Shown here one piece after another: positions 7,445 through 16,139 of a stretch of DNA of 29,233 nt; position 1 is the first letter of the stretch; each line of letters opens with the position of its first letter. Below the pieces are notes generated by a model. It did not search any database. It was not told where the DNA came from and worked only from the letters and a program-made list of their open reading frames with translations. Both the position numbers and the translations under genes were made by a program. Source of the DNA: a virus (lineage: Duplodnaviria > Caudoviricetes); IMG/VR virus record IMGVR_UViG_3300031885_000081, positions 1 to 29,233 of that record. One strand, given 5' to 3'.

Positions 7445-7905
7445 GCTATCCTGCTGAGCTTAAGACGGCCAAAGACATCGCCGGAGTGCTGCGCCGCGTC
7501 AACGACGATCTCGCGGACAAGTCCCCGTTTCGCTTTGCCACGGTCGAGAAGCTGCTCCGAGAAATCCTGACGGACTATCCCGACCCCTACGAGGTCGCTG
7601 TTGTCTTGTCACGGGCCGCCTATCGTGGGGAGCTAGACCTCGGCGGCGAGGTGTGGAATACTCTGGATGTGCGAGCCTACGCACGGCTGCGCACTTGGTA
7701 CTGGATGCCAGAGGGGATGGGGCGGTATGCCTATCTCATGGACTTCGTCGCTGGGGCGTCTCTGTGGGCGCAATGCTATCCGTGGCTCGCGGCGTGGGAA
7801 GATGCGGCGGACGATAGTCGGGCGATCACCAAGGCGCAGGCGGAGCTAGACCGGCTGTTGGAGGGTATCGGTGGAAGATCTTCAGCCGACACAAGCCGCT
7901 CCTGA
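7438..7905 (+). CDS. Hypothetical protein upstream of helicase (start uncertain)
   Basis: Fills the gap between neighbours; GTG 7438 overlaps the upstream gene end. Confidence 0.65.
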   Translation: MVGYPAELKTAKDIAGVLRRVNDDLADKSPFRFATVEKLLREILTDYPDPYEVAVVLSRAAYRGELDLGGEVWNTLDVRAYARLRTWYWMPEGMGRYAYLMDFVAGASLWAQCYPWLAAWEDAADDSRAITKAQAELDRLLEGIGGRSSADTSRS

Positions 7906-9169
7906 AGTTGTTGAGAGACTGCTTTTGTCCGCTATGCGGACGCAGGAGGCTCTCACCAAGCTTCGGCGTGCGAGCATCACACTGGACTCGTTTTCCCAGG
8001 CCGTCTATCACGATCTCTTTGTCTACATTGAGCGACGTATTATTGAGACGGGCCAGCCTCCTAGTGACTCTGAGTTGCTGGCGCTCTATCAGTTCACGCC
8101 GGACAGGACGGCCACCGACGTCGACTCGCTAGCACGAACGTTGCGAAAGCAGGAGCTGATCCGCAAGGGGCAGGACGCCATGCAGACCCAGATGACCGAG
8201 CTATGGTATGGCGATCCAGAAGAGGCCATCCAGAACGTAATCACAGGGCTGTCCAATCTGCAGGCGGGCGCGTCCGAGCACCTCGGCTTCAGCGACGCAA
8301 GCGCGATGGATCGTCTTCTGAATGTCAAGGAGCGCAGTGAGATGCGTGCGCGGGGAGAGATCATCGGGATTCCTACGGGCCTGCCTCTGTTTGACGACAC
8401 CGGCGTCGGCTGGCAGCCCGCCGAGCTAGTCACGATTCTGGGCCGGAGTACCATCGGCAAGTCGTGGCTGCTGCTCTTCTTCGGCTGCGTGGCATACTTC
8501 TGCGGCAAGCGCGTCCTCTACATCTCGCCGGAGATGAGCAAGCTGCATACCGAGTTCCGCATGGACGCCGTTCTGTCCCGTTTCTACAATATGGTAATCA
8601 GCAACAGCGCACTGATAAACGGGTCGGTTGATCTCCAGCTCTACGAGAAGTGGCTGGGGGCACTGAGTGGCGAGCGCCGCTGGGTTACAGCCGACAGCAC
8701 CGAGACCTCGACAGGCAAGTTCGCCCTCAAGGATATTGCTGCGCTGGTTGCTGCGCACCGTCCCGATATGCTGTTAATTGACGGCTTCCACCTCATCGGC
8801 GGCAGCAAGGATGAGCAGTGGAAAGTCATCGCCGAGGCTGGTCAGACGTTGAAGGCGCTGGCTCAGCGGAACGGGATGGTGGTTCTCGTAGCGATGCAGG
8901 TCGTGCGCGAGGCGATGAAGACAACGGGCGAGGCTCCTGACCTGCAGCACGGGGCCTACGGCAAGGCACTCCTTGAGGATAGCGACCGCGTGTTCAGCCT
9001 CGCGATGCCCAAGGGCCAGCCGCGACTGCGCTACCTGAAAGTTCCTAAGACGCGAGACGGCGAGCCCGTTACGATTCGAGTGCATCTTGCTTTCGACGTT
9101 GATGTAGGCGACATCCGGCAAATCTCGGCGGATGAGTTGCGCGAGGAGATGGCACGTGAAGCGGATTGA
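7871..9169 (+). CDS. dnaB: DnaB-like replicative helicase (SF4)
   Basis: GIPTG, Walker A GRSTIGKS, ISPEMS, Walker B LLIDG, LKALA, MQVVR, KTRDG. Confidence 0.92.
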   Translation: MEDLQPTQAAPEVVERLLLSAMRTQEALTKLRRASITLDSFSQAVYHDLFVYIERRIIETGQPPSDSELLALYQFTPDRTATDVDSLARTLRKQELIRKGQDAMQTQMTELWYGDPEEAIQNVITGLSNLQAGASEHLGFSDASAMDRLLNVKERSEMRARGEIIGIPTGLPLFDDTGVGWQPAELVTILGRSTIGKSWLLLFFGCVAYFCGKRVLYISPEMSKLHTEFRMDAVLSRFYNMVISNSALINGSVDLQLYEKWLGALSGERRWVTADSTETSTGKFALKDIAALVAAHRPDMLLIDGFHLIGGSKDEQWKVIAEAGQTLKALAQRNGMVVLVAMQVVREAMKTTGEAPDLQHGAYGKALLEDSDRVFSLAMPKGQPRLRYLKVPKTRDGEPVTIRVHLAFDVDVGDIRQISADELREEMAREAD

Positions 9170-10049
9170 TGTGCGCGCCGCTGTCCGCGTGCTGGGAATC
9201 ACGATCACTAGCGAGAGCGACACTGAGCTGATAGGGCTATGTCCGCTGCACGACGACCATCATCCCAGCTTCGCTATCAACCAGCAAACAGGCGCATGGG
9301 TGTGCTACACGGGCTGCGGGCAGGGCGGCATATTAACCCTAGCGCAGCGCGTCCTTGGCTGTAGTTATCAGACCGCGCAGTACTACCTGGATAGCAAGGT
9401 GGTCTCCGCGATGCCGGAAGCGCCGACGCTAACCATCGGGGCGGAGAAGGAGGTCGTCGGCCCGCCCGAGTTCCACTACGTTGAGGGCAAGACGCACCGC
9501 TATATGATCGAGCGCGGCTTCACGCCGGACACGCTTAGGGACTGGCACGTGGGATGGGACTTCGCACGCCAGGCAATCGTCATCCCCGTGACGTGGCAGG
9601 GGGATACCGTGGGCCTGATCTACCGGCATGTGCCACCCATTCCGGAGGGATATCCTCGCTACGAATACACCCCTCACATGCCCAAGTCTCGCATCTTGTT
9701 CGGCTGGGATCACATCGACTGGGCGGCGGATGCCCCCTTGATTATGGTGGAAGGCCCCTTGGACGCCCTAATGATGCACCAGTACGGGTTCCGTACGACG
9801 GCGGCGATCTTGGGCATGTCTATGAGCAAGGCCCAGGCGGAGCTACTCAATGCACGGAGCCTGCGGGTTACGTTGTGCTTTGATCAGGATGAGGCGGGGC
9901 GGGATGCCACGAAGCGCGGCATCAAGTTGCTACACGGCAGGGCAGGTGTGGTCAAGCTGCCCCATAAAGACCCCGCCGAATGCACGCGCGAAGAGGTCGC
10001 CGAGGCCCTAGCCACAGTTTCAACTTTGTGGGTGCCACCACATGCTTGA
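9156..10049 (+). CDS. dnaG: DNA primase (CHC2 Zn finger + TOPRIM)
   Basis: CPLHDDHHPSF...CYTGC; MVEGPLD; CFDQDEAG; KDPAE; GAGGAG then GTG 9156. Confidence 0.92.
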   Translation: MKRIDVRAAVRVLGITITSESDTELIGLCPLHDDHHPSFAINQQTGAWVCYTGCGQGGILTLAQRVLGCSYQTAQYYLDSKVVSAMPEAPTLTIGAEKEVVGPPEFHYVEGKTHRYMIERGFTPDTLRDWHVGWDFARQAIVIPVTWQGDTVGLIYRHVPPIPEGYPRYEYTPHMPKSRILFGWDHIDWAADAPLIMVEGPLDALMMHQYGFRTTAAILGMSMSKAQAELLNARSLRVTLCFDQDEAGRDATKRGIKLLHGRAGVVKLPHKDPAECTREEVAEALATVSTLWVPPHA

Positions 10050-10074
10050 CAACGGGCGCGAGACCTGGTATTGT
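10046..10074 (+). promoter_or_regulatory. Putative sigma70-type promoter for the sigma factor/SSB/RecA genes
   Basis: TTGACA-N17-TATTGT with TGG extended -10. Confidence 0.65.
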
Positions 10075-10111
10075 TCCTTCAGAAGGCAAGTTGTAGAAGG
10101 AGGCGATACCC

Positions 10112-10612
10112 ATGACGTTTGACGAGAAGCTGGCAGCCTGCCAGCCGACTATCTCCTATTGGTGCAGTCAGGCCGACTCCATGGGCCTAGATCAGGATGA
10201 TGTGGAGCAGGAGCTGACGATCAAACTCCACAAAATAACCACCCAAAACCCCGATTTGCGCTCCTCTGTTCCTGTATACTTTAGAGCAGTAGCTCACAAC
10301 TGCGTGCTGGACATGCAGCGGGTGAGCCAGCGGGAGGCCCGCCGCACTGTCAACCTGGAGACGCAGGCCGAGGTGATCCATAGCAGCTCCTCGGCACGAA
10401 CCCTGGCTGACGCGGAATTTCAGATCGATCTTGAGCACGCGGGCTTGAGCAAGGACGCGATTCGGTTTATCCGAGTCGTCCTGGAGACTGGCGGACGCGG
10501 TGCCCGCCCCGCGTTCGGCGACACCCAGGTCAGCCACCGGCGATTCTACCGCGCCAGAGACGAGATTCGGAGATTCCTAGAAGGCCGAAGGGAGGCAGCA
10601 CTTGCCACTTAG
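10112..10612 (+). CDS. ECF-like RNA polymerase sigma factor (shortened region 4)
   Basis: Region 2-like DQDDVEQELTIKL and YFRAVAHNCVLDMQR; region 4-like LSKD...RRFYRARDEIRRFL; AAGGAGG RBS. Confidence 0.75.
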   Translation: MTFDEKLAACQPTISYWCSQADSMGLDQDDVEQELTIKLHKITTQNPDLRSSVPVYFRAVAHNCVLDMQRVSQREARRTVNLETQAEVIHSSSSARTLADAEFQIDLEHAGLSKDAIRFIRVVLETGGRGARPAFGDTQVSHRRFYRARDEIRRFLEGRREAALAT

Positions 10613-11399
10613 CAGAGGGCGCGATGCCCTACAAGATTACCTGACCAAGCAATCACAGGAGGGGTTCGGCGGGAGCCGCTTCCTCGTCTTGCGCGCAAGC
10701 GGAGAGGCCGCTAAGATCAGAGTCCTGACCGAGCAGACGGAGTTTGTGCTGGGCAAGTTCCACCGACTGGCAGTCACCACATCAACAGGGAAGCTCCGTG
10801 TCGGCGATCCAATCCTGTGCTCCGAGGACGACACCTGTGAGGTCTGCGCCAGCATCACAGAGGACTCTGCGCGGGCGCGCCTCCTCACCTTCTACTGGGT
10901 GTGGGTCTACTACGTCGACCACACCAGGCAAAACCCCTCCACGCGGGCCGGTACGAAGCCTTGGGAGCAGGTCGTCTACGGGAACATGGTTTGCTACCGC
11001 GAGCCAGTCGAGGCTCCTAGACTGCTCTTGGCAGGGTCGCGCCTAGCGGCGAAGATGGACACCTACTACGTTCGGATAGGCTCCATTACGGATCGCGACT
11101 ACACCCTGATTCGGACGGGCGAGAAGCTAGAAACCGAGTACAATCTCCTCGCGGACGTTCCCGCCCCGTTCCGCACCGACATCGCCAGCATCATTCCCAC
11201 TCTGACATCATTGGAGGACATCGCATATGGACGAGCAGGCACCGACGACCTCCCCACGGGAGTCCCTACGGGAGCGACTCATGAAGAACGACCCACCGGA
11301 CGGCCCGCCCCCCAGCCCGACGCAGGACTCATCAGTCTCGGCCTCGACGCCGAGCCCGAAGCCGCCGCCCAAGGTGAAAACCCCGACATCTCCTGGTAG
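10602..11399 (+). CDS. Probable single-stranded DNA-binding protein (gp32-like)
   Basis: KIRVL, CSEDDTCEVC, DRDYTLIRTG...TEY, acidic tail ending PDISW; located in the replication module. Confidence 0.7.
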   Translation: MPLSRGRDALQDYLTKQSQEGFGGSRFLVLRASGEAAKIRVLTEQTEFVLGKFHRLAVTTSTGKLRVGDPILCSEDDTCEVCASITEDSARARLLTFYWVWVYYVDHTRQNPSTRAGTKPWEQVVYGNMVCYREPVEAPRLLLAGSRLAAKMDTYYVRIGSITDRDYTLIRTGEKLETEYNLLADVPAPFRTDIASIIPTLTSLEDIAYGRAGTDDLPTGVPTGATHEERPTGRPAPQPDAGLISLGLDAEPEAAAQGENPDISW

Positions 11400-11901
11400 C
11401 ACGCAAGAGATCATTGCGGAGGCTGTCGCGGCGGAACTAGCAACACCAGCACCGCCCGAACAAGCTGCGCAGATAGCGTTGCCACTAGGGGCGGACAAGC
11501 CTGCGAATCCGGAGAAGTACCCGTCTCACCGCCCGTCGGGTGCAACGCCAGGGGCGCACAACCCCGACCTGCGCGTCAATGTCAGTCTGAAGGGGGTGAT
11601 CCCTGTCGGTCAGTTCGGAAACGTCCAGCCCGAACTCGGCGTCGTTAGTCTTGATCCCTATGGCGATGTCGAGGCGCAGATGCAGGTCTCGCTGGCCGCA
11701 GGACGCATCGCATTCGTGCGGATCGACGACGTTATCCGTGAGCTGGTGGACGACAAGCTAAATAGTGAGCAGGTGGCGGGCGCGCCCCTGTCGGAGCGGA
11801 TGACCAAGGTCGAGGAGTTCCTAGAGAAGGCCAAGGTAAACATCAACACGCTCGCGGCGATGGTACGGAGGGCTGCCCCGCCGGAAACTTCCGAGGCATG
11901 A
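11227..11901 (+). CDS. Hypothetical phage protein with Pro-rich N-terminus
   Basis: GGAGG 11213-11217 before ATG; VNVSLKGVIPVGQFGNVQPELGV segment; overlaps SSB by 173 nt. Confidence 0.7.
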   Translation: MDEQAPTTSPRESLRERLMKNDPPDGPPPSPTQDSSVSASTPSPKPPPKVKTPTSPGSTQEIIAEAVAAELATPAPPEQAAQIALPLGADKPANPEKYPSHRPSGATPGAHNPDLRVNVSLKGVIPVGQFGNVQPELGVVSLDPYGDVEAQMQVSLAAGRIAFVRIDDVIRELVDDKLNSEQVAGAPLSERMTKVEEFLEKAKVNINTLAAMVRRAAPPETSEA

Positions 11902-12110
11902 TCTCCGCCTACTGCTATGCCTGCGGGCACTCGCGAGCGATCACTGGCCTGCGAACGTGCAGTGCCTATGTCAAGCCTCCAGGGATTGCCTTAGCTGGCA
12001 CGTGCAGCGGCTGTCAGTTGAGCGTGAGCTTCGTGGTCTCCCCAAGCAAGTATGACGAGCTGGCACGGGCAAGAAAGGTGAGGGACGAGCGTGGCAAAGC
12101 AAGCCGCTAA
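11898..12110 (+). CDS. Small Zn-ribbon protein (DUF5679-like)
   Basis: AYCYACG...GTCSGC pattern; ATGA overlap. Confidence 0.6.
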   Translation: MISAYCYACGHSRAITGLRTCSAYVKPPGIALAGTCSGCQLSVSFVVSPSKYDELARARKVRDERGKASR

Positions 12111-13158
12111 AGCACAGCCAGTTGATCGGGTGCGCGAAGTTCGAGAAGAGGTCAACAAGAAGATGAAGGAGACCTCACTGCTGTTCGGTTCCGATCCCGT
12201 ACTAAAGCTCAAGGCCATCCCGCTGGGCGTTACTCCACTAGACGATATGCTGGGCGGGGGCTTGGCCCGTGGCCGGTTCTATCTGGTCGTGGGTCGCCAC
12301 GCCGTCGGCAAGACGTACTTCACTCAGCTTGCGATCAAGGCAGTGCAGCAGCAGGGTGGGGTGGCGGCCTACATCGACGCGGAGCGGTGCTACAACGAGG
12401 AGTGGTTCCGCAAGGTCGGCATCGATACCGACAATCTGCTGGTGTCACAGCCTGGGACGGGCGAGAAGGCGTTCGACGTCGTGCTGGCCTTGGCGCGAGC
12501 GAGAGTTGATCTCATCGTGGTCGACAGCTTGGCCGCGATGGTGCCCACCGCCGAGGCCGAAGAGGGGATGGACAAGATCGTGGTCGGCGGGCAGGCGCGC
12601 TTGATCAACGGAGGCTGCCGCCGCCTACTGGACGTCAACACCCACAGCGTGGTGCTGTTCACGAACCAGACCAGAGTAGCCATCGGCGGGCAGCGCCTCG
12701 GCGCAGGGGAGACCTTCCCTGGCGGCGTCGGGCAGTTGTTCTGGGCATGGGGCATCGTCCGCGTGACCCGCGAGGGCTGGATAACCGAAAAGTCCCCGAA
12801 GAAGGGCCAGGATCAGCAACGGGTAGGGTTTAACATGGGGTTCCGCACCGACAAGAACAAGCAGGCTCCGCCCTTCCAGAGCTGTGTCATCCCGTTCTAT
12901 TTCCGCACTGGACATCTAGAGCTGACGGCGGGGCTGGTCGACGTCGCCGTAGACCTGAGCTTGATAGGCGGGAAGCCTCCGCACTACGAGTTCGAGGATC
13001 AAAAGTTCTTCGGCAGGGCCAGGTTGATTGCTTGGCTGGATGAGAATGAGAAAGTCAAAACCCGACTCTGGGCAGCCGTCCACGACGCGCTCGAAGGCAC
13101 CTCGGCTTCAGGGGCCGCCGCCGACGGAGTTGACCAGGCCACATCAGAAGATTCTTAG
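12091..13158 (+). CDS. recA: RecA/UvsX-family recombinase
   Basis: LDDMLGGG, Walker A GRHAVGKT, YIDAE, LLVSQPGTGE, VVDSLAAM, QARL, NQTR, KNK. Confidence 0.95.
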   Translation: MAKQAAKAQPVDRVREVREEVNKKMKETSLLFGSDPVLKLKAIPLGVTPLDDMLGGGLARGRFYLVVGRHAVGKTYFTQLAIKAVQQQGGVAAYIDAERCYNEEWFRKVGIDTDNLLVSQPGTGEKAFDVVLALARARVDLIVVDSLAAMVPTAEAEEGMDKIVVGGQARLINGGCRRLLDVNTHSVVLFTNQTRVAIGGQRLGAGETFPGGVGQLFWAWGIVRVTREGWITEKSPKKGQDQQRVGFNMGFRTDKNKQAPPFQSCVIPFYFRTGHLELTAGLVDVAVDLSLIGGKPPHYEFEDQKFFGRARLIAWLDENEKVKTRLWAAVHDALEGTSASGAAADGVDQATSEDS

Positions 13159-13450
13159 CCTTCTCCAACGGATGGGCTATACAGTCGTCGCTGAGAAACC
13201 GGCGGGGCCATATCGCCTGGATTGCTGGCTGTCGGAGGTTTGGGCCGCGATTGAATACGACGGGCCAGCTCACTGGCGGCGACAGGACGCAAAGCGCGAT
13301 GCGTGGTTATGGGATACCTATCGGATTATGGTGTTGCGTGTCACAGATCTGGAGACGCTCGCGCAGGCCATCGCGCCCTTTTTCGATGAGGCCCTGCTGA
13401 CTGTTAGTGAGCGAAAGGTTTACGCGATTGAGCACGGATGGCATGGCTAA
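13040..13450 (+). CDS. DUF559/Vsr-like endonuclease (start uncertain)
   Basis: GPYRLDCW, AIEYDGPAH, DAKRDAWL, VLRV. Confidence 0.8.
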   Translation: MRMRKSKPDSGQPSTTRSKAPRLQGPPPTELTRPHQKILSLLQRMGYTVVAEKPAGPYRLDCWLSEVWAAIEYDGPAHWRRQDAKRDAWLWDTYRIMVLRVTDLETLAQAIAPFFDEALLTVSERKVYAIEHGWHG

Positions 13451-14249
13451 CACTGGCGGACTAATCGGGCTGATGCGCTCCTTGGCGGCGGATGACTGGA
13501 TCACACCACTGATGGATGAGTATTTTGTGAAGCGGTCGGTCGAGGATTGGTGGTCGCCCAGTTGCTTTCTCCACCCATCCGGCGCTGTAGACCCCTGCCA
13601 GCGCAGCATCCAGCTCGGCCTGCTGGGGCACAAGTCCCCCGTCGAGGCTCGCCTGGGGCGCATCTTCGACACCGGCAAGAGTATGCACGTTCGCTGGACT
13701 GCCTACTTTGCGGAGCAGGGGATGCTGCGGGCGTGGGATATCAAGCTAACGCTGCGCGATCCTCTGATGGTCAGCGGGACGGCAGACCTTATTCTCCGCC
13801 GCCCTGTTGCGACTCGGAACGAGCTGCTCCTGGGCGACCTGAAGAGTATCTCAAGCGGCGGCTTCAAGCGACTGCCGCCCCCACGCGACCCTCGCACGAA
13901 TCTCTACGCGCTGGCCAAGCAGCATGCAAAGTACATCGGGCAGTTGCTGACCTACTTGCGGGCGTGTCCCATCAAGATGGATGGGTTCTTGCTGTTCGAG
14001 GACAAGGATACCCAGGAGTACAAAGTCTACCTGATCGCCTATGAGGAGGCTGTCTGGCGTACGCTGTTGAGTAACGCGGAGGTGGCTCAGGGGGCCTGCA
14101 TCGAGAAGCGGCTGATCGCCCCTCCATTCCTGAAGGGCCACCCGCACTGCCGTACGTGCTGGCACCGAGACCCCTGCTTCCGGCTTCAGGACGGCGACGC
14201 GGCCTTGGCGCAGGACATCAAGCGGCGGCTGGGGAGAGCAAAGCGATGA
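13443..14249 (+). CDS. Cas4-like / PD-(D/E)XK exonuclease with probable Fe-S cluster
   Basis: HPS...CQR, G..MH, SGTAD, DLKS, QLLTY, C-terminal CRTC...C. Confidence 0.8.
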   Translation: MANTGGLIGLMRSLAADDWITPLMDEYFVKRSVEDWWSPSCFLHPSGAVDPCQRSIQLGLLGHKSPVEARLGRIFDTGKSMHVRWTAYFAEQGMLRAWDIKLTLRDPLMVSGTADLILRRPVATRNELLLGDLKSISSGGFKRLPPPRDPRTNLYALAKQHAKYIGQLLTYLRACPIKMDGFLLFEDKDTQEYKVYLIAYEEAVWRTLLSNAEVAQGACIEKRLIAPPFLKGHPHCRTCWHRDPCFRLQDGDAALAQDIKRRLGRAKR

Positions 14250-14743
14250 GTGACGAGGCTTGGAGTTACCAAAGTGCCGTGCGGCACGCGGAGGAGCTGC
14301 TCAAGAAGGGCGCGCTCCCGCTGCCTAAGCGCCCTGCCGGATACGCAGAAGAGTACGAGTGGCCCGAAGACGTCACAGCGCTGACCTCGATTCAGCTAGG
14401 GCAACTTATGGGAAGGCTGTCGGGCTGGCAGGGCTACGGCTCCAGACTGCTGGGGATGGCCGCGCTAGACTTGCACGCGTTCGAGACGATCTACGAGTTG
14501 CTGCTGGGGCGCGCGATGGCGAAGGTGGCAAGCGAGAAGCGCCAAGTCAAGGAAGTCCTCAAGGCCGTTGCGGTCGACAGCGATCCAGTGCTGACCAAGC
14601 TCACCCGCGCTCTGGTTACGAAGCGGGCGGTCGTGGAGGCGCTTCAATCACAGATAGAGATTTACAAGTCTCACTACTTCGCCCTGAGCCGAGAGCAGTC
14701 GCGCCGCACCGACGACATCAAGGAGAAGCACTTCGTTGGCTAA
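14246..14743 (+). CDS. Helical coiled-coil protein, possible recombination mediator (UvsY-like)
   Basis: ATGA overlap; helical composition; ALSREQSRR end. The function is inferred from context only. Confidence 0.55.
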   Translation: MSDEAWSYQSAVRHAEELLKKGALPLPKRPAGYAEEYEWPEDVTALTSIQLGQLMGRLSGWQGYGSRLLGMAALDLHAFETIYELLLGRAMAKVASEKRQVKEVLKAVAVDSDPVLTKLTRALVTKRAVVEALQSQIEIYKSHYFALSREQSRRTDDIKEKHFVG

Positions 14744-15050
14744 CGTGTGGCTATTCGTGCTCCTCGCGTTGGCATGCGGGCAAGGAGCCGCCATTATCGC
14801 TGAGGGCGGCCTGTTCGCCCCTGTGCGGGCGCTGATCCGGAGATTCAGCCCCCTCCTTGGTGACGGGATCAGTTGTCGGACGTGCGTAGCAACATGGGCG
14901 GGCCTGACGCTGGCCCTGTCCGCACGGTTTGCCGACGTGCAGCCTGGAGTGGTCGCTTGGTTTATCGATGGCCTAGCTCTGGCCCTCGCGGGCCGGACGC
15001 TGAGCAGCCTGCCAGACGTCTTCCTGGCGATTCGGAACAGGTTAGAGTAG
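14736..15050 (+). CDS. Small membrane protein (DUF1360-like)
   Basis: Hydrophobic segments with SCRTCVATW (CxxCxxxW). Confidence 0.6.
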   Translation: MANVWLFVLLALACGQGAAIIAEGGLFAPVRALIRRFSPLLGDGISCRTCVATWAGLTLALSARFADVQPGVVAWFIDGLALALAGRTLSSLPDVFLAIRNRLE

Positions 15051-15058
15051 AAAAGCCC

Positions 15059-15087
15059 CCTAGATGGGTCGAGCGGCGAGGTATAAT
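15059..15087 (+). promoter_or_regulatory. Putative sigma70-type promoter
   Basis: Perfect TATAAT at 15082-15087 preceded by GG; CTAGAT 16 nt upstream; intergenic. Confidence 0.6.
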
Positions 15088-15122
15088 GAGGCTAATCGAG
15101 CTAGCAGAGGGAGAACAATACT

Positions 15123-15950
15123 ATGGCCGAGACTACACCCGAACCGGAACAGCGGCTGAAGGAAGAGCTGCTAGAGGCCAAGCGCGACCACGTGCGGGCT
15201 GAGGCAGAGAAGGCTAAGGCCGAAGCGAGGAAGGCTACCGCCGAGGCGCGGCGCGCGGACAAGGAGACCGAACGGCTCGGCAACGAAGTGCGCGAGGCCG
15301 TGGTTCGGGCCGAGCTGTCCGAGATGGGGCTGGAGCGCGAGCGCACCAAGCGTGAGAAGGAGCTAGCTGCCGACGAGTATCACTTCACCTACACGTTCAA
15401 CGGCGTCGTCAGCGACCAGTCCGTGAAGCAGTGCATCGCACAGTTGGCGATCTGGGTACGGACGGTGCCTGAGTGCCCGATCGAGATCATCTTCAACAGC
15501 CCTGGCGGGGAGATCATCTCCGGCATGACGCTGTTCGACTACATCCAGGTGCTTCGGCGCAAGGGGCACGAGATCACTACGGTTTCCCTGGGCATGGCCG
15601 CTAGCATGGCGGGGATTCTCCTGCAGGCTGGCAGCATACGCATCATGGGGCGCGAGGCGTGGCTCCTGATCCACGAGGCCAGCTTCGGCTCAAGCGGCAA
15701 GATCGGGGAGATCGAGGACACGGTGAAGTGGGTCAATGCGATCCAGAAGCGCATCCTGCACATTTTCGCCTCCCGTTCCCATATGACCGAGCGGCAGATC
15801 GCTACCAAGTGGAAGCGCACGGACTGGTGGATCAGCAGCGACGACGCACTCAGGCTCGGCTTCGTTGACGCGATTCTCACCGACGACCCCGCCCTGCCCG
15901 ACGCAGCGACGCCGAAGGCCACGAAGAAGTCCAAGGGATGCCTGAGCTAA
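15123..15950 (+). CDS. clpP: ClpP-family serine protease with N-terminal coiled coil
   Basis: NSPGG, GMAASMA (Ser), LIHE (His), DWWIS (Asp), ALRLGFVD. Confidence 0.9.
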   Translation: MAETTPEPEQRLKEELLEAKRDHVRAEAEKAKAEARKATAEARRADKETERLGNEVREAVVRAELSEMGLERERTKREKELAADEYHFTYTFNGVVSDQSVKQCIAQLAIWVRTVPECPIEIIFNSPGGEIISGMTLFDYIQVLRRKGHEITTVSLGMAASMAGILLQAGSIRIMGREAWLLIHEASFGSSGKIGEIEDTVKWVNAIQKRILHIFASRSHMTERQIATKWKRTDWWISSDDALRLGFVDAILTDDPALPDAATPKATKKSKGCLS

Positions 15951-16120
15951 TCTGGTTTGCCCGAGGCGCTGTCGCGATGGGGGCTACCTGGCTGGTCGCG
16001 GCACTGCTTGCACCAAGCGCCCTGCTTGCGGGGGCACTACTAGACCGCCGGACGATTGCTGTGGCTGGAGGGCTGGCAGTAGTCGTCGGCGCTATCCTGG
16101 TCGCCGTCGCTGGCGCATAG
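15938..16120 (+). CDS. Small membrane protein (about 2 TM)
   Basis: Two hydrophobic stretches; fills the gap. Confidence 0.55.
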   Translation: MPELIWFARGAVAMGATWLVAALLAPSALLAGALLDRRTIAVAGGLAVVVGAILVAVAGA

Positions 16121-16139
16121 ATGTGGAGGAGTCTGGCCG

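Noticed and set aside
13443-14249. CRISPR-Cas system suggested by the Cas4-like gene
   Set aside because: No cas1/cas2, effector genes or repeat-spacer array are seen. Solo Cas4-like nucleases are common in phage replication modules.
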